Source: Methanomassiliicoccaceae archaeon (GTDB taxonomy: Archaea > Thermoplasmatota > Thermoplasmata > Methanomassiliicoccales > Methanomassiliicoccaceae). From it: 64,000 nt of DNA. Both the position numbers and the translations under genes were made by a program. Under the pieces are notes generated by a model. That model had not been told where the DNA came from. It did not search any database and saw only the letters and a list, made by a program, of their open reading frames with translations. This document shows, piece by piece, positions 24,413 through 34,920 of this stretch. Position 1 is the first letter of the stretch. Each line of letters starts with the position of its first letter. The stretch is taken from NCBI GenBank assembly GCA_963728405.1, contig CAVSJV010000003.1:32001-96000 (forward strand), in the 5' to 3' direction.

Positions 24413-24798
24413 GCTTTTACCTCCATTAATATCCATATTACGAAGCTAGGTTCTAGCTAAGCCTCCGATGAATGTTTGTTCTTCTATATAACTATAGTGT
24501 GTGCGAGGCTCCATCCAAGGATTCTAGTGGGAGAAATTGGAGAACATCTGGATTTGAAGATAGGGTCGTCAGGAGCGAAAATGTTGACAGTTGTTCCAGC
24601 TCTCGACCTTCCACGGCTGACCGGCGAGGTGTCGAGCTTTCTTGGAAACATATATGAACGGACTTACCATACGGCACTATGGGATGCACTGGACCCGGGC
24701 CGTGGGCGAGCTGGGCGATAGGTAGAACAGCATTATCTTGAACCGAACGCTGATGCCCATTATCGCCGCCCCGGACGGTCTACGCCAGGCGTGGGACG

Positions 24799-26554
24799 AT
24801 GGAAGGAAGCAGGCTGATGCTGGAAATAGGAGCTATGCTCCTGGTGGCGTTCGTAGGCGCCCTGCTGGCATCCAAGGCCAAGCAGGGGGTCATACTGGGC
24901 TACATCGCCGCCGGGGTGCTCATCGGCCCCTTCGTTTCTTTCCAGATCGGTGATTTCGCCTATCACGGCCTGATACAGGAAATGGACCTTATCGAGACCA
25001 TCTCCCAGCTTGGCCTGATCCTGCTCATCTTCTTCGTGGGGATGGAGTTCTCCATTAGCAAGATACCGCCGGGTCAAGGGCCCGGCAGTCATTCTGTCCG
25101 TCATCGATGTCGGTGTGAACCTTTTCACAGGCATACTTCTCGCGACCGCCTTGGGATGGCCGCTCATCGATACCATCTTCCTTTCCGCAGTTCTGGCCAT
25201 GAGCTGTTCCGCGGTGGCGATGAAGACCCTCATGGAGCTGGGTCGCCTGGAAAGGCCGGAGACCGAGTTCATGCTGGGCATGATCATCCTGGAGGAGTTT
25301 CTGTCGATGATCTTCCTGACCGTGGTCGGAGGGCTGATCATAAACACCGACGCCAACTTCTCCCTTACCGGCATGGTCCTGGGGCTGGTCGTGTTCTTTG
25401 TATTCTTCGTCATCATGGCCGCCCTGGTCATCCCCCGGGTCATCGCCCGCCTCCAGGGGATGAAGAGCGATGAGATGTTCGTCCTGTTCATGCTCGGGGT
25501 GATCTGCTTGTCGGCTGCGTTCGCCGAGATCTGCGGGGTACCGCCGCTGATCGGAGCGTTCTTCATCGGGATGACCTTCGCGGAAACGAAGGTCATGAAG
25601 CGGTCGGAGAAGATCATCACTCCCCTGAGGGACGCCTTCGTGGCCATGTTCTTCGTTTCCTTCGGCATGCTCATCAACCCCTCGCTGTTCGGATCGGTCC
25701 TAGGGATCGTTGCCATAGCCGTCCTCCTGATCATCATGGACGAGATCCTCATCATGTCCGCCATCGCCTATCTGGTAGGTTTCAGTCGGAGGGCCGCGAC
25801 ATCGGTGGGAGCGTCGTTCACCGCCCGAGGGGGTGAATCGATCATGTACGCGAGCGTGGGCAGCCAGGCAGCCGGTGCCACCAAGGGTGCGGAACTTTAC
25901 CCCATCGCCGGGGCAGTGACATTCATCATGAGCGCCCTCTGCCCCCTGTTCATCAGGAAGAGCTATCCCTTCGCCGACGGAGTAGCCAAGAAAGCTCCCC
26001 AATTTATGACCTATAGTGCCGGAGTGATCTCCCGGACATTGAACAAGCTGGTCATGCCCGACTCCCGCGTCTTCACCATGTCCCGCTCCTTGCTCTCGGC
26101 CTTCCTAGTCTGCATATTCCTTACCCTGGCCATAGTGGCTACTTCCGGGACCACGACGCTCATACTCTACATCCTGGCGACCGGATCTTGCGTCTTCGTC
26201 TGGTACTTGCTACAGAAGGATCTCCTGAATGTGGTCATAAAGGTGGACTACAACAATCTTGGGACGCTACCCGATAAGCAGAAGGTCATCAGCAGGTTCG
26301 TCGCCGCGGTCGCCTGCCTTGGCCTAGTGATGGTCGTCAACGTCGCCCTTATGTACGCCATCTACTGGCCATCAGTGGTCATCATCACCCTTGCCTATCT
26401 CCTGTGGTTCATCTACCTGATGAAGCTGTCCTATGACCGCACCTGCGACGCTTCGGCATATGCCCAGATCAGGCAGCGGGCGTCCCAGGTGCCGGTGCCG
26501 CTGGAATTGGAAAAACCACAGTTCAACCATCGCGAGCGATGGAAGGACTTCTGA
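24799..26554 (+). CDS. CPA2-type cation:proton antiporter (frameshift near 25065)
   Basis: ILGYIAAGVLIGP, FFVGMEFS, LRDAFVAMFFVSFG, ARGGES. Confidence 0.85.
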
Positions 26555-26645
26555 TGTACGACTCTTGAGGGACCTAGTGCGGTCCGAGGACAAATTGAAT
26601 ATATGCTAAGAGGCTCTTGGGCTCAGGAACTATCGGAGCAGGATA

Positions 26646-27113
26646 ATGGGCGAGCTGGAAACCAGCCTGGCAGTGCTTTTCAAGCGCAAGGGCAAGAACA
26701 TCATCACCGACACCGAGTTCATCTTCACCGTGTCCTTCGATTTCAGATGGTTCACTCCGAAGGAGGCTCAGGCCCTCCTCGACATCGCCCTCAAGCGAGG
26801 ATTACTGACCCGCACCGAGGAGTTCCTGAAGCCCAACTTCGATTATAAAGACGTGGAAGCGTCCCTTTCATTCAGGCCGAGCAAGGAAGTGCTCAGCGGG
26901 GACAAAGAGGAGCAGTCCCTCTTCGCCCAACTCGTGCAATCGATCTCCGAGAAGGGTGGCCTAAAGAAACGGGATGCGGTAGCCCGGGTCAACCGGGTGC
27001 AGGAGCGCCTGGGCGTGGACGTGGAGGTCGCCGCAGTGATCGTGGCCAAGGACCTGGGCATCGACGTCTCGCCGTATCTCGAACCTGTAAAAAAAGAGAT
27101 ATTGGGCCGGTGA
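26646..27113 (+). CDS. DUF2240-like archaeal protein
   Basis: SFDFRWFTPKEAQ..D.A..GLL and EVAAVIVAK..GID pattern. Confidence 0.7.
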   Translation: MGELETSLAVLFKRKGKNIITDTEFIFTVSFDFRWFTPKEAQALLDIALKRGLLTRTEEFLKPNFDYKDVEASLSFRPSKEVLSGDKEEQSLFAQLVQSISEKGGLKKRDAVARVNRVQERLGVDVEVAAVIVAKDLGIDVSPYLEPVKKEILGR

Positions 27114-27116
27114 GGC

Positions 27117-27626
27117 TCACTTCTTCTTGATCATGTCGCCCAAGGTCATGTTCTTGCCCTGGGAGTGACCGCCTTCCGGCTTCACGAGCGCTACCTTTTC
27201 GGTCAGCTTGATGTTCAGCTCGTGCTCCAGCTTCTTGAGCAGGGCGTCGGTCGGCCGCATCGTGCCGTTCTCCAGTTTCCCGATGACGCTCGCTTTCTCG
27301 TTGATCTTGGCGGCCAGATCCTCCTGCTTCCAGTCCCGCGCTATCCTGGCCTCCCGAATGGCCTTTGAATATTCAGGTATGAGATCGGTGGTCTCCTCGT
27401 CCGAATAAATGGAGCGAGTCTTCATCCTCCGTTCCCGGGCCTGCAAGCGCTCGGCCACCATGGTCCTGGTGGGCCCGGCGGCCGTGCTCTTCTTCTTGGC
27501 GCCGCCCCCCTTGCCGTCCGAGCTCTCCCCAAAGCGAGCGCACTCCTTGCACACCTTGAGCTGGGTGCCCTCGATGAAGATCGCCTTGGTGAGATCGGAC
27601 TCCTTACCACATATCTCGCATATCAT
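27117..27626 (-). CDS. Archaeal multiprotein bridging factor aMBF1
   Basis: CEICG...CKECA zinc ribbon plus HTH (QEDLAAKINEKASVI); PAN adjacent. Confidence 0.92.
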   Translation of the reverse strand: MICEICGKESDLTKAIFIEGTQLKVCKECARFGESSDGKGGGAKKKSTAAGPTRTMVAERLQARERRMKTRSIYSDEETTDLIPEYSKAIREARIARDWKQEDLAAKINEKASVIGKLENGTMRPTDALLKKLEHELNIKLTEKVALVKPEGGHSQGKNMTLGDMIKKK

Positions 27627-27859
27627 GGCCGTTCGATTCACTAACAATGAACCACGATATAATTTCTATGCCGCGAGGTGCACTACAGAGTCTGCGAATA
27701 ATATGAATAGCATTATTAATGCATTGAAGCACTATTAGAGGAAAGAGCGTAGGGGCCATGCTCCTGCTAGGTCTGGGATACATTATGAGCGTATGCTGGC
27801 TGCTCGTGCCTTCATACGAAACAGTCATATAGCTCAGGCCTTAATGTAGCGATGCCGAG

Positions 27860-29077
27860 GTGACCAGTTTGAAAGAACCCCAGCTAGAAGAGCTCGTGAC
27901 CGAGATGCGGGACAAGGTCGAGGTCCTGGAAAGACGTAACGGCGAACTCCTAGAGGAGATACGTAGAGTAGAGGGGGAAAAACGCTACGTCGAGAGCGAG
28001 CTTTTCCGGCTACAGAAGGAACTCAAGCGGATGCGCGCGGAGATGGAAAGGCTGAAGTCCCCGCCGCTGATCATCGGCGCCATCAAGGACATCCTCGTCG
28101 ATGGCCGCGTCATCGTCAAGAGCTCCACGGGCCCTGACTTCATAGTCTCCACCTCGGAGTACGTCCCGGTGGAGGATCTCATTGTCGGCGCGCGGGTAGC
28201 CCTTAATAAACAGACACTCGCCGTGATGGGCGTGCTGCCGCCGTCCCTGGACCCCATCGTCATCGGGGCGGAGATCATCGACAAGCCCGCGATCACCTAT
28301 GCTGAGATCGGCGGCCTCGAAGAACAGATAATGGAGGTCCGGGAGGCGGTCGAGTACCCCCTGCTACGGCCGGAGCTGTACAAGAAGGTCGGCATCGAGC
28401 CGCCCAAGGGCGTTCTCCTGGTAGGCCCGCCCGGAACGGGCAAGACCCTTCTGGCCAAGGCCGTTGCTCACCAGACCAACGCGACGTTCATAAGGTTCGT
28501 CGGCTCGGAGCTGGTCCAGAAGTACATCGGAGAGGGCGCCCGGCTGGTCCGCGAGCTGTTCGAACTTGCCAAGGATAAGGCACCTAGCATCGTGTTCATC
28601 GACGAGCTTGACTCCATAGGGGCCAAGAGACTGGAGGTCGCCACCTCCGGGGACCGTGAGGTCCAAAGGACCCTCATGCAGTTGCTATCGGAGCTGGATG
28701 GCTTCAACCCCATCGGCGAGGTCAGAATCATTGGCGCCACCAACCGCCCGGACATCCTGGACGAGGCGCTGCTACGGCCGGGGAGGTTCGACAGGATCAT
28801 CGAGATACCCATTCCGGGCTACGAGGGACGGCTGGAGATCCTCAAGATCCACACCAAGAAGATGGCCATCGAGGATAATATCACCCTGCCCGAGCTGGCC
28901 ATGAAGGCCGAAGGAGCGACCGGCGCAGACCTCAAGGCCATCTGCACCGAAGCAGGCATGTTCGCCATCCGCGATAACCGCGAAAAGATCAACATGTCAG
29001 ACTTCGAGAGAGCGATCATCAAGGTCCTGGACAACGAGGCGACCGATGTCGTCGAGTCCGGTGTGATGTTCGCCTGA
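27860..29077 (+). CDS. pan: Proteasome-activating nucleotidase
   Basis: Coiled coil, [35 protein letters not shown]-terminal MFA. Confidence 0.97.
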   Translation: MTSLKEPQLEELVTEMRDKVEVLERRNGELLEEIRRVEGEKRYVESELFRLQKELKRMRAEMERLKSPPLIIGAIKDILVDGRVIVKSSTGPDFIVSTSEYVPVEDLIVGARVALNKQTLAVMGVLPPSLDPIVIGAEIIDKPAITYAEIGGLEEQIMEVREAVEYPLLRPELYKKVGIEPPKGVLLVGPPGTGKTLLAKAVAHQTNATFIRFVGSELVQKYIGEGARLVRELFELAKDKAPSIVFIDELDSIGAKRLEVATSGDREVQRTLMQLLSELDGFNPIGEVRIIGATNRPDILDEALLRPGRFDRIIEIPIPGYEGRLEILKIHTKKMAIEDNITLPELAMKAEGATGADLKAICTEAGMFAIRDNREKINMSDFERAIIKVLDNEATDVVESGVMFA

Positions 29078-29190
29078 AACCATTTCCACCAACCTTTTCT
29101 ATTTTCTAATTATAAATTATTTAAAGGTATAATCAAACGAAGATAATGATGCCTAACTTGTTAAATAATTAGGCCTATAATCCACCTGCA

Positions 29191-29526
29191 ATGAAGTATG
29201 TGGAGGTCCCCAAGATCTTCGTGGACGAGATGTCAGCGAAGATACTCTTGACCGCCCTATATCGGCCTCGTTCGGCACTGGAGATCTGCCGCGCATCCGG
29301 AGTTCCAGTGGCCGAGGTCTTCTCCCGGCTGCTCGTTCTGGAAAAGAAAGGTTTGATACAAAAGGTCTCGCACCGCACCACCCTCGAGGGCAAGGAGATC
29401 CAGACCTATCAATCGATGTTCCATGATGCCTATGTCTTCATCGATAAGGGAAAGTTGAAGGCCCGGTTCCAACTGGTGAGCTATGGCCAGGCCGAGTTCT
29501 CCGTCGACGGTGAGGCTCTACTCTGA
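29191..29526 (+). CDS. Small winged-helix (ArsR-like) protein
   Basis: SAKIL...PRSALEI...GVP...L..LEKKGLI. Confidence 0.75.
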   Translation: MKYVEVPKIFVDEMSAKILLTALYRPRSALEICRASGVPVAEVFSRLLVLEKKGLIQKVSHRTTLEGKEIQTYQSMFHDAYVFIDKGKLKARFQLVSYGQAEFSVDGEALL

Positions 29527-30294
29527 GGAAGGGCGAGAACCGGCGTCCTCTCCTCCCTCGAAGAACTGCTGCACCATGCTATAGATGTCCTCCATGCCGG
29601 TCCCTTCCATGGCCGAGACGGGGGTCAGCTCCTTGTACATGCCCACGTTCTCCATGGCCTTGAGGAATTCGATGCTGATGACCGCCTGGGAGCTCATGTC
29701 CTTGTCCGTCAGAGAATTATAGAGCGCGAACGAATCGCGGGACCAGTTGGCCAGCTCCTCCAGCTCCTCCTCTTTCAGGATGTCGGACTTCGATAGCACG
29801 TTAAGGATGGGCAGAGAGAACCGGAACTGGGTGATGCCACACAGCAGCATGTCGGAGACAAAGCCATTGGGAGTACGAGCTAATGTCGGATCGGAAAGGA
29901 AGACCAGAAAGCTATCCTCATGCCCCAACTCCTCCACTAATGCGGTCGAGGACTGCCGAAAGGCGAACAGCTCCATCTGTCCAGGGGTATCTATGAGGCA
30001 GTAATCGGTCTCCATCTTCTTGACCACCGGCACCCATTCCTTAGAGTTCACGGCCATGAGGTCCGCTGCTACGATCTGCGCGCCGTTGGGACCGAGCGAA
30101 TATTCCCTCATGATCTCTTCCAGATTGACCCAGTCCCGGATGTCCACGTCCGCCTGATAGGGAATGAAGTCAGCGCCGGGGTCCAGATTCACGATGATGC
30201 TGTCGATGTTGTTGCTCCCGAGCCATTCATGGAAGGCCTGTACCATGGAGCTCTTGCCGCTACCGGCGGTGCCGATGAAGTAAACGTAATGCAT
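29518..30294 (-). CDS. GPN-loop GTPase
   Basis: GTAGSGKS, NLDPG, LGPNGA, DTPGQME. Confidence 0.93.
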   Translation of the reverse strand: MHYVYFIGTAGSGKSSMVQAFHEWLGSNNIDSIIVNLDPGADFIPYQADVDIRDWVNLEEIMREYSLGPNGAQIVAADLMAVNSKEWVPVVKKMETDYCLIDTPGQMELFAFRQSSTALVEELGHEDSFLVFLSDPTLARTPNGFVSDMLLCGITQFRFSLPILNVLSKSDILKEEELEELANWSRDSFALYNSLTDKDMSSQAVISIEFLKAMENVGMYKELTPVSAMEGTGMEDIYSMVQQFFEGGEDAGSRPSSE

Positions 30295-30576
30295 GTCCTC
30301 GTCTCCGAACCCGTACTATATCTTGGTGAGAGGGAGGACGGGGGATAAAGTTTGCTAACCATTCCTGACCGAAAACGCTAGAGGCCCTCGAATCTAACAT
30401 GATCAGTATGGCGCTCCGTTCCCTCCCAGTCCAGGGGATGGCTGGCCTTCCCGCGGGAAGGCCTGTCCGGTGATGAGAGGGGCGGCCCAGGCGATTACTC
30501 GAACCACACATGCCGAGCACAGGAGCAAATGGCATCCTGAACTAAGATAGTGATAGAATAAAGGGAAAATAGAGAG

Positions 30577-30651
30577 CGGGCCAGGTGCGATTTGAACGCA
30601 CGACAGACGGATTAAGAGTCCGGTCCCTTAACCTGGCTAGAGTACTGGCCC
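30577..30651 (-). tRNA. tRNA-Lys (anticodon CTT)
   Basis: Cloverleaf GGGCCAG TA CTCT AGCCAGGTTA AGGG A CCGGA CTCTTAA TCCGT CTGTC GTGCG TTCAAAT CGCAC CTGGCCC G; T-rich tract downstream. Confidence 0.93.
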
Positions 30652-30930
30652 CTGTGTAGGCCGTGAAATATAGTCATCGTACATAAGCCTTTCTAAGCCT
30701 AAGGCCCGAATATTTTACAATTCGGAGCAAGAAGGCCCATGATCGAGATCATGGGATGAATTGCGATAGATCCTTTGAATACGCTCATTTCGGTGCTCTC
30801 CAGGTCATTGTACTGATGCACTTCAATGTGCATGCAGCTCTGACACCTAATGCCTGGTTCGCTCCTTCGGGACGACCAGGTAGTTGACCGCATCGGCCAG
30901 GAGCATCGTTCGCTCTCGTTCTTGGCCACT

Positions 30931-31056
30931 AGATGTTGGTCGATTGCACCAAGGTAGAGATTGGTGCAAGGGCCGCATTGATACGCCCCGGGAGGCTCCG
31001 TCATGAACGTACCGACCTCGGGATCCCACGAATTGATTCATGGGAGTGTCAAAGGC
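30931..31056 (-). ncRNA. Putative structured ncRNA, copy 1 of a duplicated motif
   Basis: About 87% identical by eye to 60289-60415. Hairpins cccatgaa/ttcgtggg and ttgcaccaa/ttggtgcaa; TATATA upstream near 31087-31092. Strand inferred from the TATA position. Confidence 0.6.
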
Positions 31057-31117
31057 TTAGTAAACTCGGGGCGCTCGCGGGCAATGCATATATACTCCAG
31101 AGTTGCGAGTCGACATC

Positions 31118-31627
31118 ATGACCCAGGTGAACAAGGTGATGACCCCCGCGGTGCTCAAATTGAGGAAGGGGACCACTCTAGGCGAGGCCACCACCTTGAT
31201 GTCCAAGAACGGCATCTCTGGCGCCCCGGTCGTGGATAACGAGGACCGCCTGGTCGGGATATTGTGCGAGAGCGATATCTTGGAGTTCGCGGCCAGCAAA
31301 GAAGGCGTGGGGTTGGAGATCGGGACCTTGTCCTTTGTCGCCCTCCCCTACGACCGCATCGTGAGGGACGAGGAGCTGTGCCGCCGTTATAAGAGTGTCG
31401 GCGACACCAAGGTGGAGGATGCCATGAATGACGAGGTTGTGACCATCGATGTCGATGACACCGTGGAGACGGCTCTCGACACCATGGTCCGGATGGGATT
31501 CAATCGCCTGCCCGTCACTCATAATGGAAAATTGGTGGGCATGATAGCTAGGCAGGACGTGCTCATTGCCCTTTGCCGGGAGATGGGCGACAAGCAATCG
31601 CCATTGTGCGCGACCGTACTACGCTAG
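31118..31627 (+). CDS. CBS-domain pair protein
   Basis: ISGAPVVD..LVGILCESDI and FNRLPV..GKLVGMIARQDV. Confidence 0.9.
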   Translation: MTQVNKVMTPAVLKLRKGTTLGEATTLMSKNGISGAPVVDNEDRLVGILCESDILEFAASKEGVGLEIGTLSFVALPYDRIVRDEELCRRYKSVGDTKVEDAMNDEVVTIDVDDTVETALDTMVRMGFNRLPVTHNGKLVGMIARQDVLIALCREMGDKQSPLCATVLR

Positions 31628-31647
31628 TTATTTTAACCCGCCGACGT

Positions 31648-32433
31648 GTGACGGGTCCGGGATGCGGACTGAGCTCTATTGAGGTGCACGTGCTTGCCAG
31701 CGGTAGTGACGGCAACTGCACGGTGATCGCCACAGAGGATACCACGGTCATGATCGATGCCGGCATATCGGGCCGGAGGATCGGCCAGCTGATGGAGCGG
31801 GTCGGTCTGGACCCCAAGAAGCTAGACGCGATACTTCTCACTCATGAGCATTCCGACCACATCAGCGGGGCCGGAATAATGTCCCGAAAGTACAAGGTCC
31901 CCATCTGTTGCAATGGATCCACCTTGGTTTGCTCTAACATCGGGACCGTCCACAGATCGATCATCTTCGAGACGATGAAGAGGTTCGAGATCGGTTGCTT
32001 CAGTATTGATCCCCTGCCCATCACCCACAACGCTGCCGAGCCGAACGCGTTCCATCTCCAATTCGAGGACAAGCAGGTGTTACTGGCCACCGACCTAGGG
32101 AGGGTGAACCCCGAGGTATTCTCCGCGCTGAAGGAGGCCGATCTGACCATCATCGAGGCCAACCATGACGTCCAGATGCTGATCAACGGCCCCTATCCTC
32201 CGAAGCTCAAGAGCGAGATCAGGTCGGACCGCGGACACCTGTCGAACGTGGACTGCGCCCGGGCGCTGTGGGCCACATTCAGTGAGGAGCGCAAGATCTT
32301 CCTGGCCCACATAAGCAAGAACAACAATACCCCCGAACTGGCGAGACGCACGGTCTCCCGCACCCTCGGTTGCGATGAGGAGCGCATCGATTGCCTCCTC
32401 GCTCCGGACGATTTCCGATCGATGGAGATCTAG
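31648..32433 (+). CDS. MBL-fold metallo-hydrolase (YycJ/WalJ-like); start uncertain
   Basis: LASGSDGN, IDAG, THEHSDH, TDLG, EANHD, GHLSN. Confidence 0.88.
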   Translation: MTGPGCGLSSIEVHVLASGSDGNCTVIATEDTTVMIDAGISGRRIGQLMERVGLDPKKLDAILLTHEHSDHISGAGIMSRKYKVPICCNGSTLVCSNIGTVHRSIIFETMKRFEIGCFSIDPLPITHNAAEPNAFHLQFEDKQVLLATDLGRVNPEVFSALKEADLTIIEANHDVQMLINGPYPPKLKSEIRSDRGHLSNVDCARALWATFSEERKIFLAHISKNNNTPELARRTVSRTLGCDEERIDCLLAPDDFRSMEI

Positions 32434-33299
32434 AGCTTCCCTTCTACGCCTAACTGGATACCGACCGCCTTCTTCCTGGCGATGAGCGCTTTGGCGATCA
32501 TCGGCGGCAACGACACCAGGTCCTCCTTCTGCAACTTGTAATTGCGGTCCGGTCCGGCGAACGCGGGAATGTCCTCCAGTATGCGGAGAATGACGAGATC
32601 GGACGTTTGCTGCACCTTCTCCGCCGGTGCCGGGGTGGAGACCTTTTGCGTGGGGGGCGATAGTACGGTGGCCGGGGGAACGTCCGGCGTCTTGGCCGCC
32701 TCCGCAACCGGCCTGACCGAGATCGGAGCGACCGACGGTGCGGTCGCTTTCATCGGGGGTGAGATAACAGGAGGTGCTGGCATGGATGTGGGCGCCTCTG
32801 GCGCTACCGTAGCATCGGGCTCCTCTTCCTCTCGGTTGGCCTCCACGATCATGTCCGGCACCTTGGCGGCGACCAGGGTGGGTTCCTCAGCATCGGCCGG
32901 GCGGGGGTTGCCGCTCTCGATCAAGATGGTGCGTCGCTCTTTCAGCAGAGAGAACACGCGATCGTAGATCTCCCGCTCCTCCACCGTCAGCCTGTTGGTC
33001 TCTATCTTGCTGCCCTCCGCCGCCCTCAGCGCCATGTCCAGTATCTTTCCCATGCGGAACTCAAAAACCTGGGCCGATTTCTCCTGGAACTTCATGAGCT
33101 GATTGCTGGCGAGCTTGGCCTTAGTGGAGAACTGGTCGGCGACGAACTCGCGCTCGCTCTCTCGCTTGAGCTTCTCGAGGCACTCCCGCATCGCTGGGTA
33201 GAAGTCCCTACGTATATCGGATATGGCCTTGGAACGTTGCTCCCGGCGATAGACCTCGGTCAGGTCCTCGAAGGTCAGAAGTTCCGTGGGAGGCGACAT
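32430..33299 (-). CDS. GINS-family replication protein (Gins51-like) with Pro/Ala-rich linker
   Basis: Helical A domain (DFY...R..KI...LT.EE...Y) plus C-terminal B domain RILEDIPAFAGPD..Y.L.KEDLVSLP. Confidence 0.75.
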   Translation of the reverse strand: MSPPTELLTFEDLTEVYRREQRSKAISDIRRDFYPAMRECLEKLKRESEREFVADQFSTKAKLASNQLMKFQEKSAQVFEFRMGKILDMALRAAEGSKIETNRLTVEEREIYDRVFSLLKERRTILIESGNPRPADAEEPTLVAAKVPDMIVEANREEEEPDATVAPEAPTSMPAPPVISPPMKATAPSVAPISVRPVAEAAKTPDVPPATVLSPPTQKVSTPAPAEKVQQTSDLVILRILEDIPAFAGPDRNYKLQKEDLVSLPPMIAKALIARKKAVGIQLGVEGKL

Positions 33300-33477
33300 C
33301 AATAAGGTCCATCCAATCGGCCGTATTTGATTATATCCGGACCGATATGCATTCTAACGTTTCGCAATCATGGCCGACCTCCTCAACCAGGCAATATGAC
33401 GCCGACAGAAGTTGCGTAGTTCGCTCCCTCGCGCTCATTCTTTCCTTCGTCCGATCCGTATCGGCAAGAAAATTGTA

Positions 33478-33672
33478 TCACAGAGGGCACGATCGGGCCT
33501 CCGCCAAGGGCGATGGATCGGGTGGGGGCCCGTTCAGGAGGGGTATAGCGAACAGTATGGCGAAAAACACCTCAGATAGCAGTATGATGATCGCCACTGT
33601 GACGCTCACCTGGCGCAGGCTTCTCCCGGTCGCGCTGATGAGCGCGGCGGTCATCGGTTCCGGCCCATCCAT
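33478..33672 (-). CDS. Possible small single-pass membrane protein
   Basis: 64-aa ORF with one long hydrophobic helix in an otherwise empty region. Confidence 0.3.
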   Translation of the reverse strand: MDGPEPMTAALISATGRSLRQVSVTVAIIILLSEVFFAILFAIPLLNGPPPDPSPLAEARSCPL

Positions 33673-33941
33673 ATTGCAAGGACCACGGCCTCGGTGGGGA
33701 CAATGGCCGCTCCAAGGAAGGCCTCTCCGAGGCCATCATCAATATGGGCCCATGGACGTTGTTTCTCCTGGCGGCCATCTGCCCATACCATATCTTTTCG
33801 TCCGACGACGGGGCGGTGGAGTTCGATGGGAGCCTCATATACGAGGTAGATGCAGGGAGTGGACCTCGCTTGTATGGCTGCGCCCATCATCATAGCAACG
33901 TCCTGGAAACCTTTTTGCCACCTTAGCCGCTATCTGAGGCC

Positions 33942-34235
33942 GTGGATGCCTCGGAGATCGTCCGTCCGGTGAATGGTGGTGTGGAGGTCGACATCATGGT
34001 CACCCCTAACGCCAAGAAGGACCAGGTCGGCGAGGTGGATGAGTGGAGGAAGCGACTGGTTATCAAGGTCCAGGCGGTGCCGTCCGAGGGGCGGGCCAAT
34101 CGGGCGGTGGTCGAGCTGCTCTCGGACCTGTTCGGTGCCAAGGCCGAGATCGTCCGGGGGCACACCGACCGGCATAAGACCGTTCTGGTATCCATCGACC
34201 TTGAGAGCGCCAGGACCAGGCTGGAGGGGCATTGA
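33942..34235 (+). CDS. DUF167 (YggU/UPF0235) protein
   Basis: VTPNAK, V.A.PSEGRAN, IVRGHTDRHK. Confidence 0.9.
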   Translation: MDASEIVRPVNGGVEVDIMVTPNAKKDQVGEVDEWRKRLVIKVQAVPSEGRANRAVVELLSDLFGAKAEIVRGHTDRHKTVLVSIDLESARTRLEGH

Positions 34236-34639
34236 GAGAACTCCATGATACCTTGGAGGAGGTCGATCGGCTCCTTAATGAGCTCAGAGAGCGACCGGAC
34301 CATACGGTCATCCTGATCGAGGGGAAGAAGGACCGTCATGCGCTGACCTGCCTGGGAGTGGGCGGGGATATCATCCAGGTCCAGGACGCCGGGGGCATCC
34401 TCGGGGTGGCTGAGGGGCTGGCCAGGGAGGGTAAGGATGCCATCATCCTTACCGATTGGGACCGCAAGGGAGGACAGCTGGCCGAACTGCTGAGGAATGC
34501 CCTGAGGGCAAACGACGTCAGGTTCAACGATCAGATCCGCGCCCGCCTGTCCATGCTCAGCAAGAAGGAGATCAAGGACATCGAGTCCCTTCCCTCGTTC
34601 ATCACCTATCTGGTAGCCCACCAGGGCGACTACAGGTGA
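34232..34639 (+). CDS. Stand-alone Toprim-domain protein
   Basis: LIEGKKD..AL, IILTDWDRKG, KDIESL. Confidence 0.88.
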   Translation: MRELHDTLEEVDRLLNELRERPDHTVILIEGKKDRHALTCLGVGGDIIQVQDAGGILGVAEGLAREGKDAIILTDWDRKGGQLAELLRNALRANDVRFNDQIRARLSMLSKKEIKDIESLPSFITYLVAHQGDYR

Positions 34640-34685
34640 GCCAGGAGATTAATTATTAGATCCTGTATATTTTTGAGGGGGCAGT

Positions 34686-34920
34686 TGGCCTCAGGTCGTT
34701 GGAGCAGGCTGACCGAGCGCCAGAAGGCTGAATCGACCATTCTGATCCCAGTCCTGGCCATAAGTGCTCACCGGCCTGTGGGCCTCTGCCCAGACGTGGT
34801 CGAGGGCCGTCCATGTCAATGCGAGGGCGGATACCACCGAAAACTGCTCAATGACCGACGCACCCTTCTAACATGTACAAGTCGGACAACGAGCCTTCGG
34901 GCCCTAATGATGTAAGGCCA
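34686..34920. ncRNA. Candidate structured RNA upstream of gcvPA
   Basis: Nested helices tggcct/aggcca, ggtcgttggagcag/ctgctcaatgacc, tcgacca/tggtcga and ccgtcc/gggcgg. Confidence 0.35.

Noticed and set aside
24712-24770. Fluoride riboswitch before the CPA2 antiporter
   Set aside because: ggcgat and gctgatg are present, but the pseudoknot pairing and spacing do not fit; only a simple ggcgata/tatcgcc stem forms.
30847-31041. 64-aa ORF over motif copy 1
   Set aside because: The homologous copy has an in-frame TGA and a frameshift, and the variation follows RNA loops rather than codons.
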